Below are positions 18,882-28,120 of a DNA stretch of 64,000 nt, piece by piece. Location of the stretch: contig BPJB01000001.1 in the NCBI GenBank assembly GCA_026004395.1, positions 584,910-648,909 of the forward strand, in the 5' to 3' direction. The position numbers and the translations under genes were made by a program. The stretch's first letter is position 1. Every line of letters starts with the position of its first letter. The stretch comes from Patescibacteria group bacterium (GTDB taxonomy: Bacteria > Patescibacteriota > Microgenomatia > Levybacterales > UBA12049). Under the pieces are notes generated by a model. The model saw only the letters and a program-made list of their open reading frames with translations. It was not told the origin of the DNA and did no database searches.

Positions 18882-20030
18882 TCAAGAAACGAGATTCTTA
18901 TTTTCTTTAATTAAAAAAAGCAGCAAAAATGCAATAATTGACAGAATTAGTGAATATATAAAAGGTACCGACTGTCCTACATACTCCCATAATAATCCTG
19001 CGATAAAAGATGACGGAAGTCCCATCAAGCCAATAATCATTTGAAATCCGCCAAGCGTACTTGCCAAATACTCTTGTGGAGCAAGCTCAGCTGCTAAAGC
19101 TTTCTGTACAGGATCAAGAGATGCTTTATGAAGTCCATACAAAATAAATGCACCAATAATACCAACAAAATTAGAAAATAAAAACATAATTGCTACAACT
19201 CCAATCCAGAGAAGAAAAGATACATGCAAAATCGTTCTTCTTCCAAATTTATCAGATAATTTGCCAAAGGGAAGAGAAAACATCGCCGCAACTAATGTAA
19301 ATACAAGATAGAGCAGAGGTATAGCAATTAATGTAAAACCTTTATTTTCAGCATAAACAAGAAGAAAAGAGTAACTAAATGTACCTAAGGAGAAAATAGC
19401 AGAGAGAAATGTATATAATCTCAAATCAGAAGTGAAATCGCTCAGTCGTATTCCACGAAAAACATCTGAAGATACTGGGCGCTCTTTTATGAATATAATA
19501 ATAAGTAATGCGGCAACCAAAGAAGGAAATGCGGCAAATAAAAAAAGATTCCTGTATCCAAAACTTTTAATAAATAAAATCGCAATCAGAATACCAACAA
19601 CAGCACCTAAATTATCCATCGCTCTAAGTATTCCAAAATTCCGTCCTCTGTTCGACTTATCAGAAATTTCAGATATCATTGCATCTCTTGGAGTACTTCT
19701 GATCTTACCTGATCTATCTAGTATTCTAAATGGAATTATCCAAACCCATGTAGGAGAAAAAGCGTATCCGATACGAGCAACACCTCCAAACAAATATCCT
19801 AGAAAGACAAAAATCTTTCTTTTTTTTAATCTATCTGATAGATATCCAGAAACAGCCTGTGAGAGTGAAACAAGTGCATCTCCTATCCCGTCAATTAATC
19901 CCAGAACTGCCATATTCGCACCTAGAACATTAGTAATAAAAAGTGGCCATACTGAAAACACTATATCTGAACCAACATCATGAAGAAATGACGCAGCGGA
20001 AAAAACAAATAAACCTTTTTTTGTACTCAT
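18882..20030 (-). CDS. MFS transporter.
   Basis: There are about 12 predicted TM segments. An MFS-type loop motif GRLSDKFGRR is present between TM2 and TM3. Confidence 0.75.
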   Translation of the reverse strand: MSTKKGLFVFSAASFLHDVGSDIVFSVWPLFITNVLGANMAVLGLIDGIGDALVSLSQAVSGYLSDRLKKRKIFVFLGYLFGGVARIGYAFSPTWVWIIPFRILDRSGKIRSTPRDAMISEISDKSNRGRNFGILRAMDNLGAVVGILIAILFIKSFGYRNLFLFAAFPSLVAALLIIIFIKERPVSSDVFRGIRLSDFTSDLRLYTFLSAIFSLGTFSYSFLLVYAENKGFTLIAIPLLYLVFTLVAAMFSLPFGKLSDKFGRRTILHVSFLLWIGVVAIMFLFSNFVGIIGAFILYGLHKASLDPVQKALAAELAPQEYLASTLGGFQMIIGLMGLPSSFIAGLLWEYVGQSVPFIYSLILSIIAFLLLFLIKENKNLVS

Positions 20031-20121
20031 AAATCGTTTATAAAGAATCTACTCTTAGTTAGCAACTACTTTTTTAATATTTTTAATATAATTTCTTACC
20101 TCTTCAATCACTCAACGGTTT

Positions 20122-21105
20122 TTGTTAGAATGTAATTCTCATCATATGGAAATATTTACCATTTTGCTGATAATTTTCGGGCTGTCACTTTTTGAGGTAA
20201 TCACAAGCATTGATAATGCAGTTATCAATGCAGAAGTTCTCTCAGGAATGAGCAAAAAAGCTCAAAGATGGTTTCTACTGTGGGGATTTCTTTTTGCTGT
20301 TTTTATTGTTCGAGGATTTTTACCATTTGTTATTATCTTCCTTGCCAACCCACAACTAGGTCCTATCGGAGTACTTGGGGCAGCATTTAATAATGATCCG
20401 CATGTAGCAGAAGCAATTGAACAATCAGCACCTTTTTTGCTGCTAGGTGGAGGAGTTTTTTTAACATTTCTTTTCTTCCACTGGCTTTTTCTTGAACCCA
20501 AAAATTTTGGACTACGCGGAGAAAGATTTTTTCAAGCTCAAGGAGCATGGTTTTTTGCCGTTGTTTCAATTTTACTGACTATAATTGTCTGGCTAGCACT
20601 TAATACTCATCCTATGTTGGCTTTTAGTGCTGTTGTTGGATCAACTGCTTTTTTTATAATTCATGGATTTCGTCAATTTGCAGAAGAACAAGAAAAAAAA
20701 CTTATCAGTGGCAATATGTCAGATATCAGCAAAATTGCCTATCTAGAAGTCCTTGACTCTACATTTTCAATTGATGGTGTAATAGGAGCATTTGCTTTTA
20801 CTTTTTCAGTTCCATTTATTCTTATTGGCAATGGTTTAGGCGCACTGGTACTAAGAAAATTAACAGTAAGTAACATTGAACGCATCAAAAGATACAAATA
20901 TCTTAAAAATGGCGCTATGTATTCTATCCTTTTCTTAGGCATAATTATGATACTTGATAGTTTTGGAGCACATATCCCTCACTGGCTTTCACCTGTCATT
21001 ACATTTGGGACTGTTGGATATTTTTTTCATAAATCGCGCTTGGATATGGAAAAAATTCAAGAAGCTCTTGAACCCTTACCTACTACCAAAAATAAAAAAA
21101 ATTAA
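20122..21105 (+). CDS. TerC/DUF475-family integral membrane protein (start more likely the ATG at 20146).
   Basis: MEIFTILLIIFGLSLFEVITSIDNAVINAEVL carries the SIDNA motif typical of TerC/DUF475. There are multiple TM segments. Confidence 0.5.
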   Translation: MLECNSHHMEIFTILLIIFGLSLFEVITSIDNAVINAEVLSGMSKKAQRWFLLWGFLFAVFIVRGFLPFVIIFLANPQLGPIGVLGAAFNNDPHVAEAIEQSAPFLLLGGGVFLTFLFFHWLFLEPKNFGLRGERFFQAQGAWFFAVVSILLTIIVWLALNTHPMLAFSAVVGSTAFFIIHGFRQFAEEQEKKLISGNMSDISKIAYLEVLDSTFSIDGVIGAFAFTFSVPFILIGNGLGALVLRKLTVSNIERIKRYKYLKNGAMYSILFLGIIMILDSFGAHIPHWLSPVITFGTVGYFFHKSRLDMEKIQEALEPLPTTKNKKN

Positions 21106-21190
21106 ATATCTTGTCTTAATTCTTACAAAAAGAGTTTATAGTAAAATAGATTATCTTAAGAGATTAATCTTCTCTTTTAAACAGTCTTAA

Positions 21191-21994
21191 ATGAAACCCT
21201 GGATTATTTTGATTGCGATAATCTTAAGTAGTATTGCAATAATTGCAGGAATAATATATATAATTATTCAGAAGAAACCTGATTATGTTTCTAGTAAAAA
21301 ACCTATGGATACACAAAATCTAACAGAAGACACAATTAAGATTACTCCCATATCTCATGCTACTATGGTACTTAACATGGCAGGTCAAGTAATCTATGTT
21401 GATCCAGTAGGAGGAGAACAATCTTTTGCAGTACAGGAAGCACCTGATCTTATCCTTATAACTGATATTCATTTTGATCATTTTGACAACCCGACGCTTG
21501 AGAAAGTCTCCAAGAAGGATACTGTTCTTATAGTTCCCAAAGCAGTCGCTGAGAGAATGTCCAAAAAAATTGCAGGAGAGACAGTAATTCTTGCCAATGG
21601 TGAAAAAACAGAGCAGAAAGGAATTCTGATTGAAGCAATCCCAATGTACAATATCCCAGAATCCCCTCAAGCATTTCATACAAAAGGAAGAGGAAATGGA
21701 TATGTGCTAGAAGCCAAAGGAGAGAGGGTATATATCGCTGGCGATACCAGTAATATTCCTGAAATGAGAGCACTCAAAAATATTGATATTGCCTTTATAC
21801 CAATGAATCTTCCCTATACTATGACTGTTGAAGAAGCAGCTGAAGCAGTCGTGGCATTTAAACCCAAGATAGTTCATCCTTATCACTATCGCGGGGAGAA
21901 GGGATTTTCTGATATTAATAAATTCAAAGAATTAGTTAATAAGGCTGACCCTTCTATCAAAGTAGAACTCCTCAATTTCTATCCAAATCAATAA
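21191..21994 (+). CDS. Membrane-anchored MBL-fold metallo-hydrolase.
   Basis: There is an N-terminal TM segment. The metal-binding motif reads LILITDIHFDHFD (HxHxDH-like). A later Asp/His occurs in IAGDTS ... HPYHY. Confidence 0.65.
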   Translation: MKPWIILIAIILSSIAIIAGIIYIIIQKKPDYVSSKKPMDTQNLTEDTIKITPISHATMVLNMAGQVIYVDPVGGEQSFAVQEAPDLILITDIHFDHFDNPTLEKVSKKDTVLIVPKAVAERMSKKIAGETVILANGEKTEQKGILIEAIPMYNIPESPQAFHTKGRGNGYVLEAKGERVYIAGDTSNIPEMRALKNIDIAFIPMNLPYTMTVEEAAEAVVAFKPKIVHPYHYRGEKGFSDINKFKELVNKADPSIKVELLNFYPNQ

Positions 21995-22169
21995 TTAAAA
22001 TTTTCTCTCACTTTATTTAATAATCGTTAAAACAGAATAAGACAAAATCCTGAGAAAAATCTATAAATTAACTTTTTTGGATTTTGATTTAAATTTTGAT
22101 TAGCAAAATCTGGGATTTCAAGCCTGAGTATGGTACAATTGCATTATTAAACACTCAATTTTCACTTAA

Positions 22170-22243
22170 TGCGGGATCGTCTAATGGTAGGACAGCAGAC
22201 TTTGGATCTGCTTATCATGGTTCGAATCCATGTCCCGCAGCCA
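22170..22243 (+). tRNA. tRNA-Gln (anticodon UUG), with the CCA encoded.
   Basis: The acceptor stem is tgcggga/tcccgca. The anticodon stem-loop is gcaga-cTTTGga-tctgc. The T arm is catgg-ttcgaat-ccatg. Confidence 0.7.
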
Positions 22244-22487
22244 AGTAGAACGAGAAGGTCGCAGAGATCCTTTTGGGTTCAATTATCGTGCAATTCGTTA
22301 GGTTCGAAAGTTTTATCTTCCAATTCTCCAAATTAGCAACTTTCGAACCGTTTGGTTCTGACGCTCGAAATACACCTTTGAACGGGAAACTCTCCAAGCT
22401 AACTCAAATAAGTATGGAGGCTAATTAGTCCTCCCAGAACTACTGCAGATTCCTGCAATAAATGCCCAACGAGCTTGTGAAGATAAA

Positions 22488-23031
22488 TTAAGATGAAATT
22501 CCTAAAACTTTTGGTTTATATAGTCTACGCAAAGGATTACCACTATTATCAAGTTTTGGTGAACAATAAAATTGACAAGTGTGCAACTCTTTAATAAACA
22601 TAACTGTTCTATTTGTTTCTATTTCTATTTCCCAACCTGGCAATTTTTGCAAAATTCTGGCAATCTTTCTCTTCTGTGACAACAGTTCACTCCTATTATA
22701 ACTAATCTCTTCTCTTATTCATTTGGGAAGGCTGATTCCCATGCGTTACTAATTCTGATAGCAGTCTTCTCATAAGACCAATCTTCTGGCTCTTGCCAAA
22801 ACTCTCGCTTGCTAGTATCCCAAGTATATCTAGTATCACTTAACCATCCGCTTGTAACACTACATGTTAAATTATAGTAGTGAAGACGCAAGAACACAGA
22901 GCTAAGCCAGCAGTAATACCTTCGCCCTGAAGGGTTGCAAAAACTCCATCACCGCTAACTTTCAATTTATCAAACTGAGGTTTTATCCTATCTTGATCCT
23001 TTAGTGTCGGTTTGTATATATCAGGTCTCAT
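22488..23031 (-). pseudogene. queE: Degraded queE (7-carboxy-7-deazaguanine synthase, radical SAM). It is fragmented across at least three frames and has lost the CxxxCxxC cluster cysteines.
   Basis: Minus-strand translation from the ATG at 23031 (which overlaps the queD stop as ATGA) gives MRPDIYKPTLKDQDRIKPQF...VFATLQGEGITAG, a QueE-like N-terminus, then a stop. In the next frame, FLRLHYYNLTCSVTSGWLSDTRYTWD aligns with the QueE segment FVRLxGCNLRCxxCDTxY, but with C->Y substitutions and a 6-aa insertion in place of the third Cys. Further fragments are 22715..22897 and 22488..22682. Confidence 0.5.
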
Positions 23032-23498
23032 AATCTTCTTCTTAACTTTTTAGCATCTTTCCGTGTGTAAATAGCCACACTTGTGGGTGTCTCCAACAAT
23101 TTGATTGAGCGAAGCCTCAAGTCAGTTTTGTACTTATCTTTTATCTGACCATCAAGTTGGTTGAATATCCATGCGGCAATATTTTCAGAAGTAGTCACTA
23201 AAGGAACAATAATATTTTTTTTATCAATATTCTCTTTAAAAAATCTTACGAGAGCTTTGTCTTTACTCCATACCATGAATCCATGATCTAATTCGTTGTG
23301 GATATGTTCTGTTGCAATTTTTCTAATATCACTAAAATCAATAACCATGCCTTCATCAGAAATTCCCTCTATTCTTACCAAATCACCCTCAACACATATC
23401 TCAGCTTTATATCTATAACAGTGGAAATTTCTACACTGCGAGTGGTGATTAGTCACTCGATGTCCCATATCCCACTGTATTTCTTTTATGACCTTCAT
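23028..23498 (-). CDS. queD: 6-carboxytetrahydropterin synthase (QueD/PTPS family), with a non-canonical metal motif.
   Basis: WDMGHRV...CRNFHCYRYKAEI ... ELDHGF matches the PTPS pattern. However, the canonical CxxxHGH motif reads CRNFHCY here: the Gly is replaced by Cys and the second His by Tyr. Confidence 0.55.
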   Translation of the reverse strand: MKVIKEIQWDMGHRVTNHHSQCRNFHCYRYKAEICVEGDLVRIEGISDEGMVIDFSDIRKIATEHIHNELDHGFMVWSKDKALVRFFKENIDKKNIIVPLVTTSENIAAWIFNQLDGQIKDKYKTDLRLRSIKLLETPTSVAIYTRKDAKKLRRRL

Positions 23499-23544
23499 AT
23501 CATTTATCTTTTTGCTTATTAATCTCTCTATAAAATTGATTTGT

Positions 23545-24081
23545 TAATTTAGAATCCTTTTTAGTAGTCCTCTAATTATTGTAGTTCTCGTAATACAATC
23601 GCTTTTTCTCACGCCCCTCATACTCATGCAAAGATGCTCTGCCTCAATTGTGACCGCTAATCCTCTAGGGTTTAGTTTTTTTCCAACACATCGGCTATCT
23701 GATTGGCAAGATTTTCTTGGGTCTGAAGTCTGTGACTTAAAATTTCTGTTAATCTAACAAATTTAGAAAGCCCAAGTACCCTCCCGTTGGGAACATAACC
23801 AATATGAATTTTCCCAAAAATGGAATCATGTGATGTTCACAAAGACTATAAAATCTTATATTTGTTAGTGTAATTAAGTCCTTGTAACCGTTGCTTTGAA
23901 TGTTTTGAAAAACAACTTTTGGATCTTGAAGATAATCACTAAGCAATTCTTCATACATCCTATAAACTCTCTGGAGAGTTTCAACCAAACCCTCTCTAGA
24001 AATATCCTCACCGAAGAAACTCAACAATTGGGGAACAAAGTTGGTGATTAGTTCTTTTCGAGCACTACTATTGTTAGACAT
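23545..24081 (-). pseudogene. folE: GTP cyclohydrolase I (folE) interrupted by two single-base homopolymer frameshifts.
   Basis: Frame 1 reads ...[11 protein letters not shown] then terminates (track ORF 23749..24165). Frame 3 continues as [48 protein letters not shown] then stops. Frame 2 continues as [25 protein letters not shown]... to a stop at 23545. Each of these segments matches conserved FolE blocks (CEHH, PNGKVxGLSK, RLQxQERLTxQIA, NPRGxAVxxEAEHxCMxMRG). The frame breaks coincide with the A5 run at 23816..23820 and the T7 run at 23676..23682 on the plus strand. Confidence 0.6.
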
Positions 24082-24174
24082 TGTTGGGTTTTTGTCTTGC
24101 CACGGCCTACACTTTTTATTGTACAGGACGCCCAACGACCGTTCCAATAACTGTATTGTAACCAAAACCTATAT

Positions 24175-24528
24175 TTAGTCAAAATTAACAGTTTTAACCT
24201 CAATAGAGCAACCTTTTTGTTTAATAAATATGTGTTTTAATGAACTTTCAAATTCTTTCTTTGTGCGGTTAACACAAATTGATAAATCGAGATTGACAAA
24301 ACCAATTTCGGGGTAAGTAGGGATAACAAGATGAGATTGGGAAAGTATATAGACAAGAGTAATTCCTGTTGGCTTAAAAATATAAGAAACCTTTTTAACT
24401 ACCTTTAAATCTAAATCATAAATGATGTTGTCTGCCAACTTTTCAACAAACACTAAAGAGTTATCAAATGGTTTTATTTTTATAAGCGCAACAAATTGTC
24501 TAATCAATGGTGTAGATTGGTTTATCAT
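24175..24528 (-). CDS. Pyruvoyl-dependent S-adenosylmethionine decarboxylase proenzyme (SpeH-like, small archaeal/bacterial type).
   Basis: GITLVYILSQSHLVIPTYPEIGFVNLDLSIC corresponds to the AdoMetDC core GVTxVxLLxESHISIHTWPExGYAAVDVFTCG, including the self-cleaving Ser in S-H. The length is 117 aa. Confidence 0.5.
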   Translation of the reverse strand: MINQSTPLIRQFVALIKIKPFDNSLVFVEKLADNIIYDLDLKVVKKVSYIFKPTGITLVYILSQSHLVIPTYPEIGFVNLDLSICVNRTKKEFESSLKHIFIKQKGCSIEVKTVNFD

Positions 24529-25489
24529 AGTTGCCTCGTATTATGGGATTCGCCATGGGTGTAACCTCAGCAACATATAACGAGCTTGCGCTTCCCACAG
24601 ATTCAGCCCCTTCATATCTATTGAATCTATCAAATATCCATCTAAGCATTAGTCCCATACCTGTAATTGCATTCTGAATTGGCAAAAACCTCTCCTTAGC
24701 TCTATCACTATTACCGTAACAAAAGTAAATCCTTGCCGCCCTGTTTTCTTGGTCTATCGCGTCTAATGCCCTTGAAACAAAAAGCTGTATTCCTTCTGGT
24801 GTATAAGGTGGGTCCGTAAACACTGTGTCGAATTTGCCTTTCAATTCAGCGGGGATTGGTTCTCTTAAATCGTGCTTTACTCTTTTGATTCTCAGGTTAA
24901 GTTTATCTGAAATAGCTCCTATGTTGTCCAAAATTCTCTCATCGATGTCTACCACTGTTATATCTTGTGCCGATTTAAGGTTTGCGGTCGCGACAGAAGT
25001 AAAGTCGTCATCACCTAAAAACAAGATTTGTTTATCCTTAACATCTCCAAAGAAGTCAAGAAGGGCAACTCTTCTTCCTATAGTTTCAATTGTAGCTGTA
25101 AGCTGGTCAAGACTTCTTTTGGGAACTGTTCTTCTATCCTTGTAACGGGAAAGTAAAGTAACAGATTGCTCATAAACTTCACTTGTGGTTAAAGTTCTCA
25201 GGAGGTCTTCTTCTACCAAAAAATTGTTGTCATACAATCTACTCACTCTTTCAGCTATATCTTTTCTCAAAGAAGTCTCCTTAGATGGATGATTTAAATA
25301 GGCAGATAGAGCTTTTTTTACCTGGTTTAGCGCATTTCTGGACACTCCTACCATCCGAACTAGTTCGTTATTTTCAATAGTTTCACCCCTGGAAAGATGC
25401 CAAAATACATCCAAGACTTTCTTAATTGGCACTCCCGTTTGTTTTGAGACTTCCAAAAATTCTGAATACATCTTTTCCTTTTCACCCAT
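24500..25489 (-). CDS. DUF43/BpsA-like aminopropyltransferase (branched-chain polyamine synthase family) with an N-terminal winged-helix domain.
   Basis: The LFLGDDDFTSVA and VFTDPPYTPEG motifs (DUF43 signature) are present. It overlaps the SpeH-like gene and is co-directional with it, a classic dcAdoMet supply and use pair. Confidence 0.5.
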   Translation of the reverse strand: MGEKEKMYSEFLEVSKQTGVPIKKVLDVFWHLSRGETIENNELVRMVGVSRNALNQVKKALSAYLNHPSKETSLRKDIAERVSRLYDNNFLVEEDLLRTLTTSEVYEQSVTLLSRYKDRRTVPKRSLDQLTATIETIGRRVALLDFFGDVKDKQILFLGDDDFTSVATANLKSAQDITVVDIDERILDNIGAISDKLNLRIKRVKHDLREPIPAELKGKFDTVFTDPPYTPEGIQLFVSRALDAIDQENRAARIYFCYGNSDRAKERFLPIQNAITGMGLMLRWIFDRFNRYEGAESVGSASSLYVAEVTPMANPIIRGNYDKPIYTID

Positions 25490-25756
25490 AGTCTAACCTT
25501 TATTTTATCAAAAAAGCTGTTTGAAGCTACTCGAAATGAATTCTTAGATTACAGTAGTTAGAAGTTGTTGTGTATACTATAGAGTAAGCTCTGGAAATTC
25601 CAGGATATCTAACCAGTTGGCTAGCCTAAAATCGTTCCATTTGTACAGCAAAAGTGGGCAAAATATTCTAATTTATAAATAAATTACTAACTATAATTTA
25701 GAGAAAATTTTTTTATCTGATTTACCATCAATTGCATTTACGACTGACGCAAATAT

Positions 25757-27217
25757 TTAGTGATTCCTAACAAATATTGCAGCAAATCTATCTCTATAGA
25801 CAATACTCCATTTATTTTCTGCATTAAGTTGTATGAGTCTCTGATAGATCGGTTTTTTTGATGAAATATAAACGACATTGTACTTAGAGTTATTGATATC
25901 TTCCAGATTCTGCTCATAAGCATAATACTCCTTAAAGGCACTATATCCTTTTTCATCTCTCCAAAGATGCATACGTCCATCAATACTTGGTTTGATCTGC
26001 GGGTAATTCCAAATCATCCATCCACCCCAGTTGTACATCGTCATTATTGGACCTTTATATTGTTGACTTAATAAAAATTCCATTGATTTAGGAGAGCACT
26101 CAAGGAAATCATGGCAATATCTCTCCCATGACATCAACTGAAATTGCTGCAAAGGAGACTTAAGAATCAATAATACAATAAATGTAATACCAAAAATTAT
26201 AGTTGCTCCTATAAATCTCATCTTATAACTATCTGGTTTAATAAAATCAGCTATAGGCTGCAGAAAAGGAATTATCAGATAATACATTGACCATGAATAT
26301 CGCTTGACATACAAAGATAGTCCATAGAGTAGAGTAGTAAGAATAAGTATTGGAGAAAGTTGTTTCAATTTTTTTTGAAAATAAAAAGATATAATACCAA
26401 TACTCAAAAACATCCCAATAATTATTTGATTCCACCAAGTTATAGATAGTTCCTGAGGAGGGAGATACTCAATAACACTTTTCAGAAGCGGATTACCAAA
26501 ATGCTCAAATACCGCAAAATACACACCCGCACCAAAAGGATTGATAGATGTTGTTAACAACGAAAGTATGATCATTACTGTAGGTCTTTTAAGTTTTATC
26601 ATTAACAAAGAAAAATTTTTATTAACAGATATATACTCTTTAATTGCAAAACTTATAAACCAAAATATAAGAAGACTCAAACCCAAAATAAATTGTCCAT
26701 GGAGATTAGACCATAATAAGAAAAGCAGGGGTAAAATATAAATACTTCTTCCTCTTTTACGATCATACTGCAAAAGAATATAGATAAGAACAGCTAAAAG
26801 AGCTATACTCAGCAGCTGACCGCGAAAGGATACAGAATTTACAGGATCTTCTAAATACAAAAGAAAAGGGAATATCAACGACTGCTGCCAGTAAGTGAGT
26901 TGAAATGCTTTGGAAAAAAAGAAAAAAGTTAGCATCACGACGAACGCACTCGCCAATGTCAGACCCAAAAATCCACCAACAGAGAAAATAGAATAGGTAA
27001 TAAGATCTGTCAACCATGATGTGTTTGCCCAATGGAAGTTAGTCATCTCTGATGAAAAGATATTCTCACGAAGTAGTGAACCATGTTTGAAAAAATACTC
27101 ACCATACTTCAAGTGCCACCCCAAATCTGCGTCACTAGGCAAATATAATGCTCCAACAAAAACAACAAGAAATGGAAATATGGAAGTTATTATTTTTTCA
27201 AGCTTTATTAGCTTCAT
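25757..27217 (-). CDS. Polytopic membrane protein, possibly a GT-C-fold glycosyltransferase.
   Basis: There are about 12 TM segments. An early DADLGWH loop precedes a large C-terminal soluble domain. The assignment is weak. Confidence 0.3.
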   Translation of the reverse strand: MKLIKLEKIITSIFPFLVVFVGALYLPSDADLGWHLKYGEYFFKHGSLLRENIFSSEMTNFHWANTSWLTDLITYSIFSVGGFLGLTLASAFVVMLTFFFFSKAFQLTYWQQSLIFPFLLYLEDPVNSVSFRGQLLSIALLAVLIYILLQYDRKRGRSIYILPLLFLLWSNLHGQFILGLSLLIFWFISFAIKEYISVNKNFSLLMIKLKRPTVMIILSLLTTSINPFGAGVYFAVFEHFGNPLLKSVIEYLPPQELSITWWNQIIIGMFLSIGIISFYFQKKLKQLSPILILTTLLYGLSLYVKRYSWSMYYLIIPFLQPIADFIKPDSYKMRFIGATIIFGITFIVLLILKSPLQQFQLMSWERYCHDFLECSPKSMEFLLSQQYKGPIMTMYNWGGWMIWNYPQIKPSIDGRMHLWRDEKGYSAFKEYYAYEQNLEDINNSKYNVVYISSKKPIYQRLIQLNAENKWSIVYRDRFAAIFVRNH

Positions 27218-27429
27218 GAATATTAATTGATGGGATTATAGACGCCATCTAAGGTGTATGCAAGAAGATTATTTCTTATATTAAATCTTATATTAAAAGA
27301 TTATCAACAAACTCAACTACATTTGAGATGTTTTTATTTTATTGAAATTAATTATTCCAAGTATACAGGTATACCTGTATACTTGGATAAGATTACACAA
27401 TGTAAATAAAGAATATTTCAATAATGCTG

Positions 27430-27501
27430 AGCGGGGAACGGGCATCGCACCCGCGACCTCTTCCTTGGCAAGGAAGCGTTCTACTGCTGAACTACCCCCG
27501 C
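27430..27501 (-). tRNA. tRNA-Gly (anticodon GCC) with an atypical D-loop and T-loop.
   Basis: Minus-strand sequence: GCGGGGG-TA-GTTC-AGCAGTA-GAAC-G-CTTCC-TTGCCAA-GGAAG-AGGTC-GCGGG-TGCGATG-CCCGT-TCCCCGC-T. The T-loop reads TGCGATG in place of the usual TTCRANT, and the D-loop lacks the GG pair. The reverse orientation (Ala-GGC) gives a worse fold. Confidence 0.5.
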
Positions 27502-27754
27502 AATTATATCATCGTAAAGAATGTAATGTTTTTACGAATTTTTCTGCCACTTAGCAAATTCTGAACAAAGATATGAAGATTTAAGCTAAATATTAAAACA
27601 TTAAATCTTGACTGTATTTCATTATAGCAAAATTTAATACTTCATCAAAGAATTATTCTTGAGAAGATAACAAAAAATTTATGAAACTCGTTTAGTAGAA
27701 AATAAACTTAAATAAACTTATAAGGCACAATCAATAGCGCGGTATATAAATAAG

Positions 27755-27827
27755 TGCCGAGGCTCAGAGTCGAACTGAGATCTGATGTTCTTCAGACACC
27801 CGCCGTGACCACCTTGGCTACCTCGGC
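27755..27827 (-). tRNA. tRNA-Phe (anticodon GAA).
   Basis: Minus-strand sequence: GCCGAGG-TA-GCC-AAGGTGGTCAC-GGC-G-GGTGT-CTGAAGA-ACATC-AGAT-CTCAG-TTCGACT-CTGAG-CCTCGGC-A. The D-stem is 3 bp. CCA is not encoded. Confidence 0.55.
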
Positions 27828-28046
27828 TCCTAATATTCATAATATATAGTACTTTTAGGAATATGGTATGGATTGGTAAAAATTATACAATTTTATATAT
27901 CGCAAAAGCAAGATAATCAAAATCTATTTACTGAAAAACTATACATCAACTATCAATTTTTTGTATTATAAAAATATTATAAAAAATCTAAAAGTAGTAT
28001 TCGTGTATAAAATAAAAATCTAAATCAATGCTATATATAGTAAATG

Positions 28047-28120
28047 TGGACGATTAGGGACTCGAACCCCAGACCTTCTCGGTGTAAACGAGACGCTCTA
28101 ACCAGCTGAGCTAATCGTCC
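28047..28120 (-). tRNA. tRNA-Val (anticodon UAC).
   Basis: Minus-strand sequence: GGACGAT-TA-GCTC-AGCTGGTTA-GAGC-G-TCTCG-TTTACAC-CGAGA-AGGTC-TGGGG-TTCGAGT-CCCTA-ATCGTCC-A. Confidence 0.75.

Noticed and set aside
27342-27554. Track ORF 27342..27554(+) of 70 aa.
   Set aside because: It overlaps the tRNA-Gly gene on the opposite strand and has no Shine-Dalgarno sequence. It is spurious.
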